This document shows, piece by piece, positions 1 through 13,182 of a stretch of 64,000 nucleotides of DNA. Origin of the DNA: Octopus vulgaris (taxonomy: Eukaryota); NCBI GenBank assembly GCA_951406725.2, contig OX597817.1:39494001-39558000 (forward strand), written 5' to 3'. How positions within the stretch are numbered: the stretch's first letter is position 1; the number at the start of each line of letters is the position of its first letter. The position numbers were made by a program, and so were the translations under genes. A model generated the notes under the pieces. That model saw only the letters and a list, made by a program, of their open reading frames with translations, searched no databases and had not been told where the DNA came from.

Positions 1-480
1 CTTTTCATCCAATCCTATGATACTGGCCTCTCTCATGTTGGTTAGGAATGTTCTGCACGATGTAGTTTTCAGTTTTCTTCTCTTTCTTTCTCACTCCAGT
101 GGTGTCCATTTGAAAACTTTTTTCAATGGCATCGTTTTTGTAACCAAAGTATGCAAGCTGCTAGTTTTGTGATGATTTCACTAAGTGGTCTTGTGTTGGT
201 TCTCTCTTTGGAATGTCTTCATTGATAACATAGTCTTGCCAGTATTTTCTCAGAATCTGTGTGTATGTGTGTGCATACATACATTAAATGACATTGTCTT
301 AGATGCATTATACCTGAGAAAAATTTACAGGACAGTCACGGCCAGAAGGATTTTGATCATGGTTCTTCTTCATTGAAGCTGCTGTCTTTGTGCTAAAAAA
401 TGACAACTTTCTCAGCTGATCATTGTAACCTAATTCACTCGAACATTTCTTTCTTTGCTCTTTCTTATTATCTCCAACAC
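1..480 (-). mobile_element. Old RTE-like LINE ORF C-terminal remnant
   Basis: Minus-strand peptides resembling ILRKYWQDYVINEDI..., LSEII..., KVFKWTP...RKRRKLKTT, frameshifted and interrupted by a microsatellite. Confidence 0.5.
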
Positions 481-1110
481 ACAGTCATTCAATCACATAC
501 CCATACACCACACACACACTATTGTGTATTTATTAAGAATGAGGAACCAATTATAAAAGCATTCTATCAAACATGTCAACTGTGTATTTCACGTATGCCC
601 TATTTTACTTGTGAAAAATACTTGCTGGTTTGTGAAGGTAACTGTATATAGTATATATGACAGGTGTGTACAGATAAGTAAAGACCAAACAGCATTTAGA
701 TGTAGATATTTCTTCAGTGTGTTATTTAGTATACAGACAGAAAATGCCTGTGTAATTCCTTGTTTCTGCTTCAAGATTCATCTTTGATTACATCTTAGCT
801 ATATGATTATTTTTCAATACTAATGTGTTATGTGTCAATAGTTATGCGCTGTTAAGTTTCAAATCTGATGTATTACTGTGTTTCAGTATCAATGTGTTAA
901 TACTGTGTCACTGTCAATATTATAGTCAATTGCAAGTTCATCATCATCATCATCTTAATATAAATAATATTATTTTCTGTTAGAAGCACAAGGCCTGAAA
1001 TTTTTTTTTGTGGGGGGGTAATCAATGCCAGTGCATAACTGGTACTTATTTTATTGATGAAATGCTACTAAACATTTTGGTATGCCAATGATTCTGCCAG
1101 CTTCCTGCCT

Positions 1111-1545
1111 TTGTCTTGGTATAAAAGATGGGCTACAGCAAATATTCTGCTCGATACCACAGATTTGTTTTGTCAGCTGTTTGACTGTAACCAGTTGAGC
1201 ATGTCCCTTTGTGGCTGACAATATGTGCATCTCTGATTATGAGCAGAAGTAGTGGGGAAGCATCATAATCATGTGTCGAGAGGAATTTTTTGGGATTTGA
1301 ATAATTCACCTCTGGAAATGTGGGTGTTTTGTTCATCATCCTTAAACAAGCCTTATTCAGGGACCTTTTGAGCAGGATGGGACACTCGACCTGAAGAAAA
1401 TTCTAACTGGTCCCCACCTTCAAGGTCATGTACTGTTTATTTTGATATGAGATCACCATGTTACACACATATTGTTGTGATGCTTGTGCCTGGTGTACTC
1501 TAATCAGATGGGTATTCATGATGGGTATATTGGGCTTTCACTCAA
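1111..1545 (+). mobile_element. Truncated copy of an ~550-bp non-autonomous repeat associated with (TAA)n
   Basis: Clearly homologous to 7078-7632 and 40881-41410 (ttgtcttggtataaaagatgggctacagcaaatattctgctc...); ends in cactc(aat)n. Confidence 0.75.
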
Positions 1546-2474
1546 TAATAATAATCTTTACTATAGGCATGGGGTCTGAAATTTCGGAGGTGAGTGGCTA
1601 ATCAGTTATATTGACCCCAATACAGGACTGGTACTTATTTTATTGACCCCAAAAGGATGGAAAGTAAAATTGGCTTGGCAGCCTTTCAACTCAGAATGTA
1701 ATTCAAATTAATACACTTCTCAATGTTATCTTGTGGTTGTCTTTTGAGATGTGACATGGATCAGCATTTGTCACTGAAAGAATGCTGGTTCACACATACA
1801 AACATTCACATCCTTCCCTTGTACAAGCACACACATACACACATATACTCACACAGATTTGAAACACTGTTTAATTTTTCACACACACACACATACACCC
1901 TCCCCTTTTACATACACTCACAGAGTGGTTGGCGTTAGGAAGGGCATCCAGCTGTAGAAACTCTGCCAGATCAGATTGGAGCCTGGTGCAGCCATCTGGC
2001 TCGCCAGTCCTCAGTCAAACCGTCCAACCCATGCCAGCATGGAAAGCGGACGTTAAACGATGATGATGATGACGACAGCATATACTCACACAGAATTGAA
2101 ACACTCCCACTACCAGTTTGCCATCACCCCTTCCTTCCTTCCTTATTTATCTATCACCCCTTCCTTTCTCATTCATATGTTGTGACGGAGAAAAACACAG
2201 GAATATTATAGTAGACAATTTATTGTAAGGTGGGAAACTAGCAGAACCATTAACATGCTGGATAAAATGCTGAGCAGCATTTCATCTGTCTTTGCGTTCT
2301 GAGCTCAAATTTGCCAAGGTTGATTTTGCTTTTCATCTTTTCAGGGGCCAATAAAATGAATACCAGTCAAGTACTGGGGTCAGTGTAATTGACTTCTCTC
2401 TCTCCTCAAAAACTGCTGGCCCTTTGCCAAATTTGAAACTATTATTATTATTATCATCATTATTATCACTATTA

Positions 2475-3145
2475 AGGTGGCGAGCTGGCAGAATCGTTAG
2501 CACACTGGACAAAATGCTTAGCAGTATTTTGCCCATTGCTACATTCTGAGTTCAAATTCCACCGAGGTCGACTTTGCCTTTCATCCTTTCAGGGTCGATA
2601 AACTAAGTACCAGTGAAACACTGGGGTTGATGTAATTGACTAGTTTTCTCCCCCAGAATTTCAAAGCCTTGTGCCATCAGTAGAAAGGATCACCATCACC
2701 ATCATCAGCATCATCATCATCATTAAGGTGGTGAACTGGCAGAATCGTTAGCACACTGGGTAAAATGCTTAGCAGGATTTCGTCCATTGCGACGTTCTGA
2801 GCTCAGATCCTGTTGACGTCAACTTCACCTTCATCCTAAGTACCAGTTACACACAGGGGTTGATGTAATCTACTTAATCCCTTCTCGCAAATCTGAGGCC
2901 TTGTGCTTCCAGTAGAAAGGGTTATTATTAAGGTGGCAAGCTGGCAGAATCATTAGTTCACCAGGCAAAATGCTTAGTGGCATTTCATTCATTTTCGCAT
3001 TCTGAGTTCAAATTCCGTCAAGATTGACTTTGCCTTTCATCCTTTCAGGGTTGATAAATTAAGTACTAGTGTAACACTGGGGTCAATGTAATCGACTAAT
3101 CCCCTCCTGCCAAATTTCAGGCCTTGTGCCTTTAGTAGAAAAGAT
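2475..3145 (+). mobile_element. Three head-to-tail copies of a tRNA-derived SINE (family B, head GGCGGCGAGCTGGCAG; octopus OR-like)
   Basis: Copies start near 2475, 2726 and 2931, each with head GGTGGC/TGAGCTGGCAGAATC, B-box-like GAGTTCAAATTCC, central GTCGACTTTGCCTTTCATCC and tail GGCCTTGTGCC...GTAGAAAG(ATT/ATC)n. Confidence 0.85.
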
Positions 3146-4035
3146 TATTATTATTATGATAAAATAAATGTTATTCATCATTTTCAAAATAGTAAATTAT
3201 ATATATATTTTTTTAAATATATGAATAAATTTGCTCTTTTGAAAGCAATTTGTTTTATTTAATGTCATAATAAAATTTAGAGTAGTCAGAGTTGTCTACA
3301 AAGCATAGGTATGAGTTCTATGATTCTGGTGGGGAGTTCTGTCATAAAACAGGTTTATGAACCAATAGTGTAAGATCAATTGAATTTGAATTTGATTGGC
3401 CTGAAAATGATGAATTATAATCAATATTTATCTCCCTACACCTCAGTAAATTTTTCTCATGCTTTTCACTTGAACCAACCATCTGTGAGTAAATATGACT
3501 AACTACTGGAAAATTTCTTCTTTAACAAAATATACTGGATTTATTTATTTCTGATATGAAATATGTTAGTTTAATTACTCATTATCTAAATTTGTTCAAT
3601 CTAAAAGCTTTAAAAAAACATTGAATCTAAATGAAAACCTAGTTAAAAGAAATTAATTGCTGTTCGTTATATGATTACTTTACCATCATAGTATTCTATG
3701 CTATTACTATATAACTATCATCATAGTTTCTACCATAGTATAGTATGTTACACTATGTAACTGTCATAGTAGTTACGATCCTAGTAGTTCTTTTCTCCCA
3801 TAGTATGATGGTCATTTATAGTTTAAAGAATGCTACTATACTTTAAAAGAATTTCTGTCTGTTACTAGTTGCAGTTATTCATTTGAGGCCATGCTGGAGC
3901 ACTACCTTCAAGGGTTTTAGTTAATACCTATTTTTGTTATTTTATCAATAGCGATTTATTGAACTGATAAGTTACACTTTTGACATAAAGTGTTTCAAAT
4001 TCACACTTGTTTTGTACCAGAAAATATAAACATAA

Positions 4036-4072
<37 letters not shown>

Positions 4073-4458
4073 TACCATTCACCATTCACAAGACAGTGGT
4101 CAACCCGAGCCCTCATTAGAAGACATTTATCTAAGGTGGTGTGTGTTGGGATTGAACTCAAAACATTTAGTTACAAAGGGGATTATACAAACTACATTTC
4201 AAAAATCATCAAAAAGAGGCTGAAGGTGTTTTTTAGCATCACTCACTAAAACCTTTGTCAATTGCTCACCAGTTATCTTTTTAAAGAAGTATATGGCTAG
4301 GATATGTCCACACAATTTGCATCTCCAGTCTGCAGCCCCCATCTTGTACATTCTCTCTTCTATTCTCCTTTAGTTATAGGGACCATTTTAGCCTTTAATA
4401 TTGCAAGTTATGAGACAATCTTCACTAGTGCTGTTGCCTAGAATAAAAAAAAACAGTA

Positions 4459-5720
4459 GGAGTAGGAGTGGCTGTGTGGTAAGTAGCTTGCTTACCAACC
4501 ACATGGTTCCGTGTTCAGTCCCACTGCGTGGTACCTTGGGCAAGTGTCTTCTATTATAGCCTCGGACTGACCAAAGCCTTGTGAGTGGATTTGGTAGACA
4601 GAAACTGAAAGAAGCCGTCAGGCGTGGCTGTGTGGTAAGAAGCTTGCTTCCCAACCACATGGTTTTGGGTTCAGTCCCACTGTATGGCACCTTGGGAAAG
4701 TGTCTTCTACTATAGACTTGGGCCGACCAAAGCCTTGTGAGTGGATTTGGTAGACGGAAACTGAAAGAAGCCTGTCGTTCAGTATGTGGCAAAGTAATTT
4801 ATTTTACTAAGCCCTAATTATATAATGTAATATTTTGAATTCGCCTTAAATGGTCCTTTTACATACTGAACACTTGGTGAAATTGATTAATTAATTAATT
4901 TTACCCTCAATTGTTGATATTATAATTCATTTCTCTCGGTCATACTGCCTCGGTTCTCGCGGTTAAAATATAATGTTTGCTAGATAGACCACGTGGGTGG
5001 AATGGGGAGTGCAGAATTTTACGCCTGCGCATTTTGAATTTGTTGACACTGTTTAGTTGGAGTGGTTCATCTGAAGCGACAAGTTCGCTGATAGGTAAAG
5101 TTCCTTCTTTTTAGTGTTTCCAAATCCAAATTAAGAAATTTTGAGCTGATTTTATGCTGATTTTATTTGGCTAATCTTGAAACGTTGACGTACTCAAACG
5201 ATCTATGTACTTGTGATATTTTTCTGTATTTACCCCCAAACCTTCGTGAGCTGTCTGGAGTAAACATTATCTGAGAAAAATTTTCTTTAAGTAGTAGAAA
5301 TGCTAAGAACATTTTTTTTTTGACTGCTGTTTCTACTAAGTTCAGTATGTGGCAAAGTAATTTATTTTACTAAGCCCTAATTATATAATGTAATATTTTG
5401 AATTCGCCTTAAATGGTCCTTTTACATACTGAACACTTGGTGAAATTGATTAATTAATTAATTTTACCCTCAATTGTTGATATATATATATATATATATG
5501 TATATATTTGTGTGCCTGTGTTAGTCCCCCCCCACTATCACTTGACAGCCGATGTTGGTGCATTTATGTCCTCTGTAACTTAGCGGTTCGTCAAAAAGAG
5601 ATCGATAGAATGAGTGCTAGGCTTACAAAGAATAAGTCCTGGAGTAGATTTCTTTGACTGAAGACGGTGCTCCAGCATGGCTGCAGTCAAATGACTGAAA
5701 CAAGTTAAAGAATAAAAGGA
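4459..5720 (+). mobile_element. Two tandem tRNA-derived SINE heads (family A, GGAGTGGCTGTGTGGTAAG; octopus OK-like); the second copy is split by a 707-bp insert
   Basis: A/B-box-like TGGCTGTGTGG and GGTTCAGTCCC, followed by CACCTTGGGCAAGTG. The 3' half (GTCCCCCC...GACTGAAACAAG) resumes after the (TA)n at 5484. Confidence 0.85.
4777..5483. repeat. 707-bp insert with identical 144-bp terminal direct repeats (4777-4920 = 5340-5483), period 563 bp
   Basis: Base-by-base comparison by eye shows no differences between the two copies. Confidence 0.9.
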
Positions 5721-6159
5721 CTAGTTGACTAAACACTTTAAGGTGGTGCATCAGCATGGCCACAGTCTAATAACTAAAACAAGTAAAAGATAGAAGATAA
5801 TCTATCTCCGACTACATTATATACTGCCCTTTCCTTTTTAAGATGGTAAAATATGATGTAAAGAAGACTTGACTGCTATTTCTGGAAAGTCAAGCAACCA
5901 GTAAAGGCTCCTATGTTACAAAAAGTAACTACTATATTAAAAAATTGATCAGGTTATGGTTTCCTGGCTTTCAAAGCTAATTTCAAATCCAATCCTCTCC
6001 TCCCATGCCTCCCCTTCCCGTCCCACCCCCTTCATTATAGTTACCTGTAAACAGGTTGTGATGTCATCAAAGGAGAGACAGTTCTTTCATCAGCTTAATA
6101 CTATAGAAAAATGGATGCAAGCATTGGACCAGTGAACTGCAGCAATAATGATGGCATTG

Positions 6160-6394
6160 GGGGAGTGGTAATAGTGATGATGATGATGATGACATTGATG
6201 ATAGAGATGATGGTGGTGGTAATGAAGGTGACAACAATACTGTTGTTGTTGTTGGTGCTGGCAGTGATGATAATATGATGCGGGAGAATGCAGCTAGTGG
6301 TAGTGATGGTGGGATGGTGGTGATGATGGTGATGACTATGATGATGATGGCGATGATCACAATAGCAACATTAGCATTGTTGTTGTCGTTGCTT

Positions 6395-6453
<59 letters not shown>

Positions 6454-6640
6454 GGTTGGTGGTGGTGGTGGTGGTGGTGGTGGTGGTAAAGATGAGATGA
6501 GAAAGAGGAGGAGGAAGAAGACACTCAAGTCATGACCACAATGATTACAACTAGGAAAACGATGATGATGTTGATGAAAAAAATTATATCATAGTGGTGA
6601 TGATGATGATGATGTTGACAATGATGATGACGATAATGAC
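6160..6640. repeat. Compound trinucleotide microsatellite (GAT/GTT/GGT)n
   Basis: Directly visible; explains the homopolymeric ORFs 6067-6528 and 6275-6535. Confidence 0.95.
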
Positions 6641-7025
6641 AAAACAAGCAAAATAGAAGAGAAGTTCGTTACTTACTTCGTTCTTCTCATTAACATGATT
6701 TTTCCATTGGCTGTATATTGATTAATTAGCAAGACAATCCCAGCTTCTGTTGTTAGATGTTAAATTACAGAAAGAAATTTCACAGTTAACAATACAACAG
6801 CAAAAAACGAAAACATTTCTTAAGTGTCAAAATATGTTTATTAATAATTCTATTATGGCAGCTAAGTCTGTCTGAAGTCTTAGTCTGCCACGTGAGTTTA
6901 ATGCCACCACCTGGCCTTTGGGTGCTTTTTGTAAAGTTCTATCTGTTGTAAGCATTAGGACCAGGTCTCCAGTTTTCTTCTATGGGTTCATGTACCAGTC
7001 TTGGAATTCTTTAGAAATAATAATG

Positions 7026-7077
<52 letters not shown>

Positions 7078-7078
<1 letters not shown>

Positions 7079-7632
7079 TGCCCTGATGCAGTACCAGGCA
7101 GTGGCTCTCATGGCTTCTGATCTTAACTGATTGGAAGTGTTATCATGTACATTGTTTTGTCTTGGTATAAAAGATGGGCTACAGCAAATATTCTGCTCAA
7201 TACCACAGATTCGCTTGTCAGTTGTTTGACCGTAACCAGTTGACCATGTCCCTTTGTGGCTGACGATATGTGCATCTCTGACCATGAGCAGAAGTAGTGG
7301 GGGAGCATCGTAGCCGTGTGTTAAAAAGAATTTTTAGAGGTTTGGATAATTCACCTTTGTAAAAATGGTAAGTTCATTCAACATCCTTAGACAATCCATA
7401 TTCAGGGACCTTTTGAGCGGGATGGGCTACTCGACCAGAAGAAAATTCTAACTGGCCCCACCTGCAATGGCATTTGTTGTTTATCTTGATATGAGATCAC
7501 CATGTCGTGCACATATGGTTGTGATGCATGTGCCTGGTGTACCCTTATCAGACGGGTAGTCATGATGGGTATACTGGGTTTCATATATTTTACCTCAGTG
7601 TCACTTTGATGGCATGCACTGCTCTCTCACTC
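7078..7632 (+). mobile_element. Near-complete ~550-bp non-autonomous repeat inserted in (TAA/TGA)n
   Basis: Starts atgccctgatgcagtaccaggc after (ATA)n and ends cactgctctctcactc; homologous copies at 1111 and 40881. Confidence 0.8.
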
Positions 7633-7691
7633 GATGATGATGATGATGATGATGGGGAGGAGGAGGAGGAGGAGGAGGAGGGGGATGATGA

Positions 7692-8078
7692 TATAAAGAT
7701 CTTGAAATAGAAATTAGCAAAATGTGGAACCTGAAGACTACAACAATACCTGTTGTCATAGGTGCCCTGGGAATGATAGCAAAAGGGGCTGATTGCTACC
7801 TAGCTCAGCTACCAGGAAACCCCAAAATGGCAGAATTCAAAAGATAGTACTCATGGGAACTGCCCATATCCTACGCAAAATACTTTCTATGTAATCTCAA
7901 TTTTTAAAACAAACGTAATTTTCTTATGGTTTCTTAAACATTCTCTAGAACAACACTAAGTGCAAAACCAAATATATGGCACTCTAGGCATAACACCAAC
8001 ATGAACTTCCAACTTGTTGTCTCTTGAGGTCTCTGGGTAAGACTTGGAGCCAACTTGTAAAGCAAAAGTCAAACATAA

Positions 8079-8120
<42 letters not shown>
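7692..8120 (+). mobile_element. R4/Dong-like (restriction-like endonuclease) non-LTR retrotransposon 3' end with (TAA)n tail
   Basis: Translates YKDLEIEISKMWNLKTTTIPVVIGALGMI... then, after a frameshift, QKIVLMGTAHILRKILSM*. The 3' UTR is shared with 40530-40630. Confidence 0.8.
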
Positions 8121-8121
8121 C

Positions 8122-8530
8122 CTTTTTAATAAAGGCACAAGGCCTGAAATTTGGGGAAGGGGGATTGTTGATTACATTGACCTCAGTACTTATTTTATTT
8201 TATTTACATTGACCCTGAAAAGATGAAAGGTGAAGTTGACTTTGGTGGAATTTGAACTCAGTATGTAAAGGATGGACGAAATACCACTGAGCATTTCACC
8301 AAGGGTGCTAACAATTCTGCCAGCTTGCTGCCTTAAAATTGGTTTCAAATTTTGGCACTAGGCCAGCAATTTTAAGGGAGGTAGGGGTAAGTTGATTACA
8401 TGAAACCCAGTGCTCATCTCATACTTATTTTATTAACCCCAAAAGGATGAAAGGCAAAGCTGACCTTGGCGGAATTTGAACTCAGAATGTTAAGGCAGAT
8501 AAAATGCTAAGCATTTTGCCCAGTTCGCCG
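8122..8530 (-). mobile_element. Two family-B SINE copies
   Basis: Reverse-complement motifs ggcacaaggcctgaaat, gatgaaagg..aag..gac, ggaatttgaactcag. Confidence 0.75.
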
Positions 8531-9187
8531 CAATTTTGGAGAAGTGTGCATCAAAGACTGCATTGTCCTATATATCCTTTCCTTTTTACAGTGGTATTGT
8601 TTTGAGTAAAATTTGGCTGCTATTTCAAGCAGCCTGAACAAGCACATACAGGCTTCTTCTTTGTCTCTATGAACATGTTGTAGGATGCAGTTTAATTTTG
8701 AATTGTTCTTATTTATGTATTCCAGTCACTACACTTATATATGCAATTATGGTTTTCTAGTAATTACTCTCAAAATAGAGAGAGAGAAGGAGGGAGAGAG
8801 AGAGGAAGAAAGAGAGAAAAAGAGAGAAGTGAAAATGAGAAAACAAAAGAATAACGAAGGAGATAAAAAGTAGAATTGAAATAAAGGCAAGAGAGACCGA
8901 GAGAGTGAGAGAGAAGAAGAAGAGTTAATGTCAAGAGAGATACACTTGTGTATATTAGCATGTGCGTATGTGTACATATAAAGTTGATATACAGCTTTGA
9001 TAAACTTTCTAAAGGGTGTGTGTAACTTAATGACTTAGGAAACGATGTTTGTAAACACCTTTCTACTTACCTGACTTTTGATACATGACCTGTGTCAAAT
9101 TCTCTGATCCATCCAACTGAGATGAAACTCTACACACATTTACTTATATGCCTTATGCCTCCATTCAAATTATATATATATAAATGC

Positions 9188-9752
9188 ATTTCTTTACTAC
9201 TCACAAGGGGCTAAACACAGAGAGGACAAACAAGGACAGACAAACGGATTAAGTCGATTATATCGACCCCAGTGTGTAATTGGTACTTATTTAATCGACC
9301 CCGAAAGGATGAAAGGCAAAGTCGACCTCGGCGGAATTTGAACTCAGAACGTAATGGCAGACGAAATACGGCTACGCATTACGCCCGGCATGCTAACATT
9401 TCTGCCATCTCGCCGCCTAAATATATGGTGAAGAGGATTGATCTGCAAGAGTTTTGTGCCAGTGTCACGTAAAAATTACTTATGCTGGTGTCACATGAAA
9501 ACACTCATGTAGTGTCGCATAAAAGCACCCCCAACACACTCTTTTCTACTCTAGGCACAAAGCCCAAAATTTTGGGGGAGAGGACCAGTCGATTAGATCG
9601 ACCCCAGTACGCAACTGGTACTTAATTTATCTACCCCGAACAGATGAAAGGCAAAGTCGACCACGACAAAATTTGAACTCAGAATGTAAAGGCAGACGAA
9701 ATACTGCTAAGCATTTTACCTGGTGTGCTAATGCTTCTGCCAGCTCACCGCC
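9188..9752 (-). mobile_element. Two family-B SINE copies (9188-9418, 9543-9752)
   Basis: gaccccgaaaggatgaaaggcaaagtcgacctcggcggaatttgaactcagaacg...ctcgccgcc. Confidence 0.8.
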
Positions 9753-9929
9753 CTACCCAACACGCTCTGTAATGTGATTGGCATTAGGAAGGACATCCAA
9801 CTGTAGAAACCAAGCCAAAACAGATTGGAGCCTGGTGCAGCCCTCCAGCTTGCCAGCTCTAGTCACACTGTCCAACTCATACCAGTATGGACAACAGACA
9901 TTAAATGATGATGATGATGATGATGATAT

Positions 9930-9961
<32 letters not shown>

Positions 9962-10227
9962 GTGACAATTATGATGATGATAATGATGATATATGTATAT
10001 ATATTATGGTTTGGTTATCTTTTATCTTTTACTTGCTTCAGTCATTGGACTGCAGCCATTCTGGGGCACTGCCTTGAAGGATTTTAGTCAAACAAATCGA
10101 TCCCAGTACTTAAATCTGGTACATATTCTGTTGGTGTGTTTTGCTGAACGACTAAGTTACAGGGTGTAAGCAACTTACACCAGTTCTCAGGTAGTCAGGG
10201 GACAAACACAAACACACACACACACAT

Positions 10228-10280
<53 letters not shown>

Positions 10281-11653
10281 ACTGGCTTCCACACAGTTTC
10301 CATCCACTGATTTCACCCAAAAGGCATTTATCAGTTCAGAGCTGTAATAGAAGATATTTGCTCAAGGTGCTCTGTAGTGGGACTGAACCCAAAATCATGT
10401 GGTTGTAAAATGAGCTCCCTAACCACACAGCCATAGCTGAACCTATAATTCTTGGTTAATTTGTAAGCATTCCACAACAATACATAGTTCGTTTGGAGAA
10501 GCATTCCTGATTTTCTTCTGGGATATACTCCAGTTTGATGAAGGATTCAAATATTTATCTGTGTGTGTGTGAGTATTTATGTCTGTACATGTATTTATGT
10601 TTGTGTATGTGTGTGTATGTATATGTGTGAGGGCTATGTCTTATATGTATAGCAGGGGGTGGTGGTGACCGCTGTGGTACTCTTCCACCACAATTTTCTC
10701 TCACTCTCTCTTCCTGTTTCTTGAGTAACGTGCAATGGACTGCCATCCCGTCCAGCTGGGGGGAACACATATGCCACAGAAACCAGGAAACCGGGCCCAT
10801 GAGCCTGGCTAGGCTTGAAATGGGTGAAAAAAAATAGATATATACATATATACGACAGGCTTCTTTCAGTTTCCTTCTACCAAATATATTCACAAGGCTT
10901 TGGTCGGCCCGAGGCTATAGTAGAAGACACTTGCCCAAGGTGCCATGAAGTGGGACTGAACCCAGAAACATGTGGTTTGTAAGCAAGAAGAAGGCCAAGC
11001 AGCGGAAAATCCATCACAAGTTTTGTCTCACCTATGCAAGTATAGAAAAGTGGACATTAAAATAATGATGATAATGAATACATTGTAGTATTTCATATAA
11101 ATATCTGGGCCCTCACTTGAAGATGTTTGTTTTTCCAATCCATCATGTAGTGAAGGTACATGCTGAAGTGACCAGGAAGTTGCAGTCATGATTTTAAGAT
11201 TGTGGTTTTGATTCCCTGACAAGGTGGTACATTGTGCTCTGGAACAAAACGCCTCATTTCACATTGCTCCAGTTCACTCAGGTGTGAATGAATTTCAGCA
11301 AAACTAGGTAGTAAACCCTGCAATGGACTGACGTCTTGTTTGGGAAGAATGTTGTAAATCCCAGTCGTTTTTATACTATGGAAACAAAGTTAACCCTCCA
11401 GCCTTATGAATCCGAAGGTTTATAACAGACTTAACTACTATCACTATATGTTCTGAGTTGTACTCAGTTGTACTCTGTAGTTCATTCAAATGAAAAATAA
11501 GTAGGTAGACAGATGTACTGATAATTAACTGTTGTGTTGTAAGACAGAGCCAGGTTTTTTCAGCTTGTATGCCAATATCTTAATAATTTTCTTGGCTGAA
11601 ACTCACATTATACTTTGTAAGAATATATATGTGTATGTGTGTGTCTATATGTA

Positions 11654-11686
<33 letters not shown>

Positions 11687-11769
11687 GCTAGCATGGAAAA
11701 CGGACGCTAAACGATGATGGTGATGATGATGATGATGATATATATATATATATATATACATATATACCA

Positions 11770-12339
11770 TAACCTTGTGGCCTATGCCAGGGGTGTAACC
11801 AGCCCACTTATGCGTACCTTTCCCTCTTTGGACACTAAACTTTGCTTGCGAAGACCTGTTGAGGCAAGTGAAATCGAAATCAAAATCAAATTCGATGACA
11901 GGCATCTGTGCTAGTGGAGTACTAAGAACATCATCCAAGCATGATCATTGCCAGAGCAGCTAACTGGCTTTCGTGCTGGTGGAATGTAAAAATATCATTC
12001 GAGTGTGATCGTTACCAGTGTCGCCTCACTGGCACGTGAAAAAACATTTGAGCGAGGTCGTTCTCAGTGCCGCTGGACTGGCTCCTGTGGAGGTGGCACG
12101 TAAAAGACACCATTTGAGTGTAGCTGTTTCCAGTACCGCCTGACTGGCCCTTGTGCCGGTGGCACGTAAAAGCACCCACTACACTCTCAGAGTGGTTGCT
12201 GTTAGGAAGGGCATCCAGCTGTAGAAACTCTGCCAGATCATATTGTAGCCTGGTACAGCCAGCTGGTTCGCCAGTCCTCAGTCAAATCGTTCAACCCATG
12301 CTAGCATGGAAAGCGGACGTTTAACGATGATGATGATGA

Positions 12340-12342
<3 letters not shown>
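11770..12342 (+). mobile_element. RTE-LINE-related 3' end with internal ~60-bp repeats and (GAT)n tail
   Basis: Repeated GGTGGCACGTAAAA units, then gcacccactacactctc...ggaagggcatccagctgtagaaac...catggaaagcggacgtt and (GAT)n. Further copies at 1915-2075, 15243-15560(-), 20530-20966, 23430-23920, 37165-37610, 41635-41870(-), 47330-47640 and 51000-51708. Confidence 0.8.
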
Positions 12343-12390
<48 letters not shown>

Positions 12391-13136
12391 TACACGCACA
12401 TATATAAACTCCAAAAGCATAAGAATATTGTAAACAATAACTCTAATTCAGAAGTGTGTTATAAATTTTGTTGTCTATTATGTTGTTGTTTTTTGGTATC
12501 CTTTGTCAGCTCTGTATATGTAGAATGAACCCATGAAAGTTGTTGAAACATTTGGCTTGCATTTTTAATGTAGAAGCTGGTCTTTATTTGTAGACCAGTT
12601 GTGTGCTAGCATACTTAGTATTACTGTACTCTTGTGTATCACAGCCTTCAGTGCCATTTGACACAAAAGGCCTATGAAAGTAGTGCGATAATTTTTAATC
12701 AACTGAAATTACATTAGTAACATAAAGAAAAAAGATTAGTGCTAATGACAATTGTTATCAAGAAAAGAAAGGGAGATAACTCTAAAATTAAAATTGATTA
12801 AAACATCAATGGAGAATGCAGTTGGAATTAAGTGTGACCTTTTGTAGTTATATTTATTTTGTTGCAGTCTAAGGTAGCTTTTTTTTTTAGTTAAGATCCC
12901 AAGAAAAAGTATGAAGCTTTGGAAACAGAAATATCTCTGTATCTAGCTTAATCACATTCACTTTGGTGGTATGTTAGTTGTCCTCCTGGCAGATTCTATG
13001 TAGTCTGTAAGGTTTCACTGAGAATGCAACAGAAATTACTCATTTTTTTTAGAGTAATTGAACCAGCAAAAGGATCTCAACATGAGCCTGCAAGAAATGG
13101 CAGTTAAATTTCCTTCAAACCATACTTTATCAATTC

Positions 13137-13182
<46 letters not shown>

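Noticed and set aside
5318-5360. Minus-strand TACT..AGTA-GAAACAGCAGTC resembling a hammerhead 3' half in the 563-bp unit
   Set aside because: No CTGANGA box upstream of the stem, so it cannot be called a ribozyme.
6067-6535. Poly-P/N/L/G ORFs here and similar ORFs at 9778-10087, 29671-30094, 33144-33738, 36024-36353 and 48875-49317
   Set aside because: They are translations of di- and trinucleotide microsatellites with no splice or domain support.
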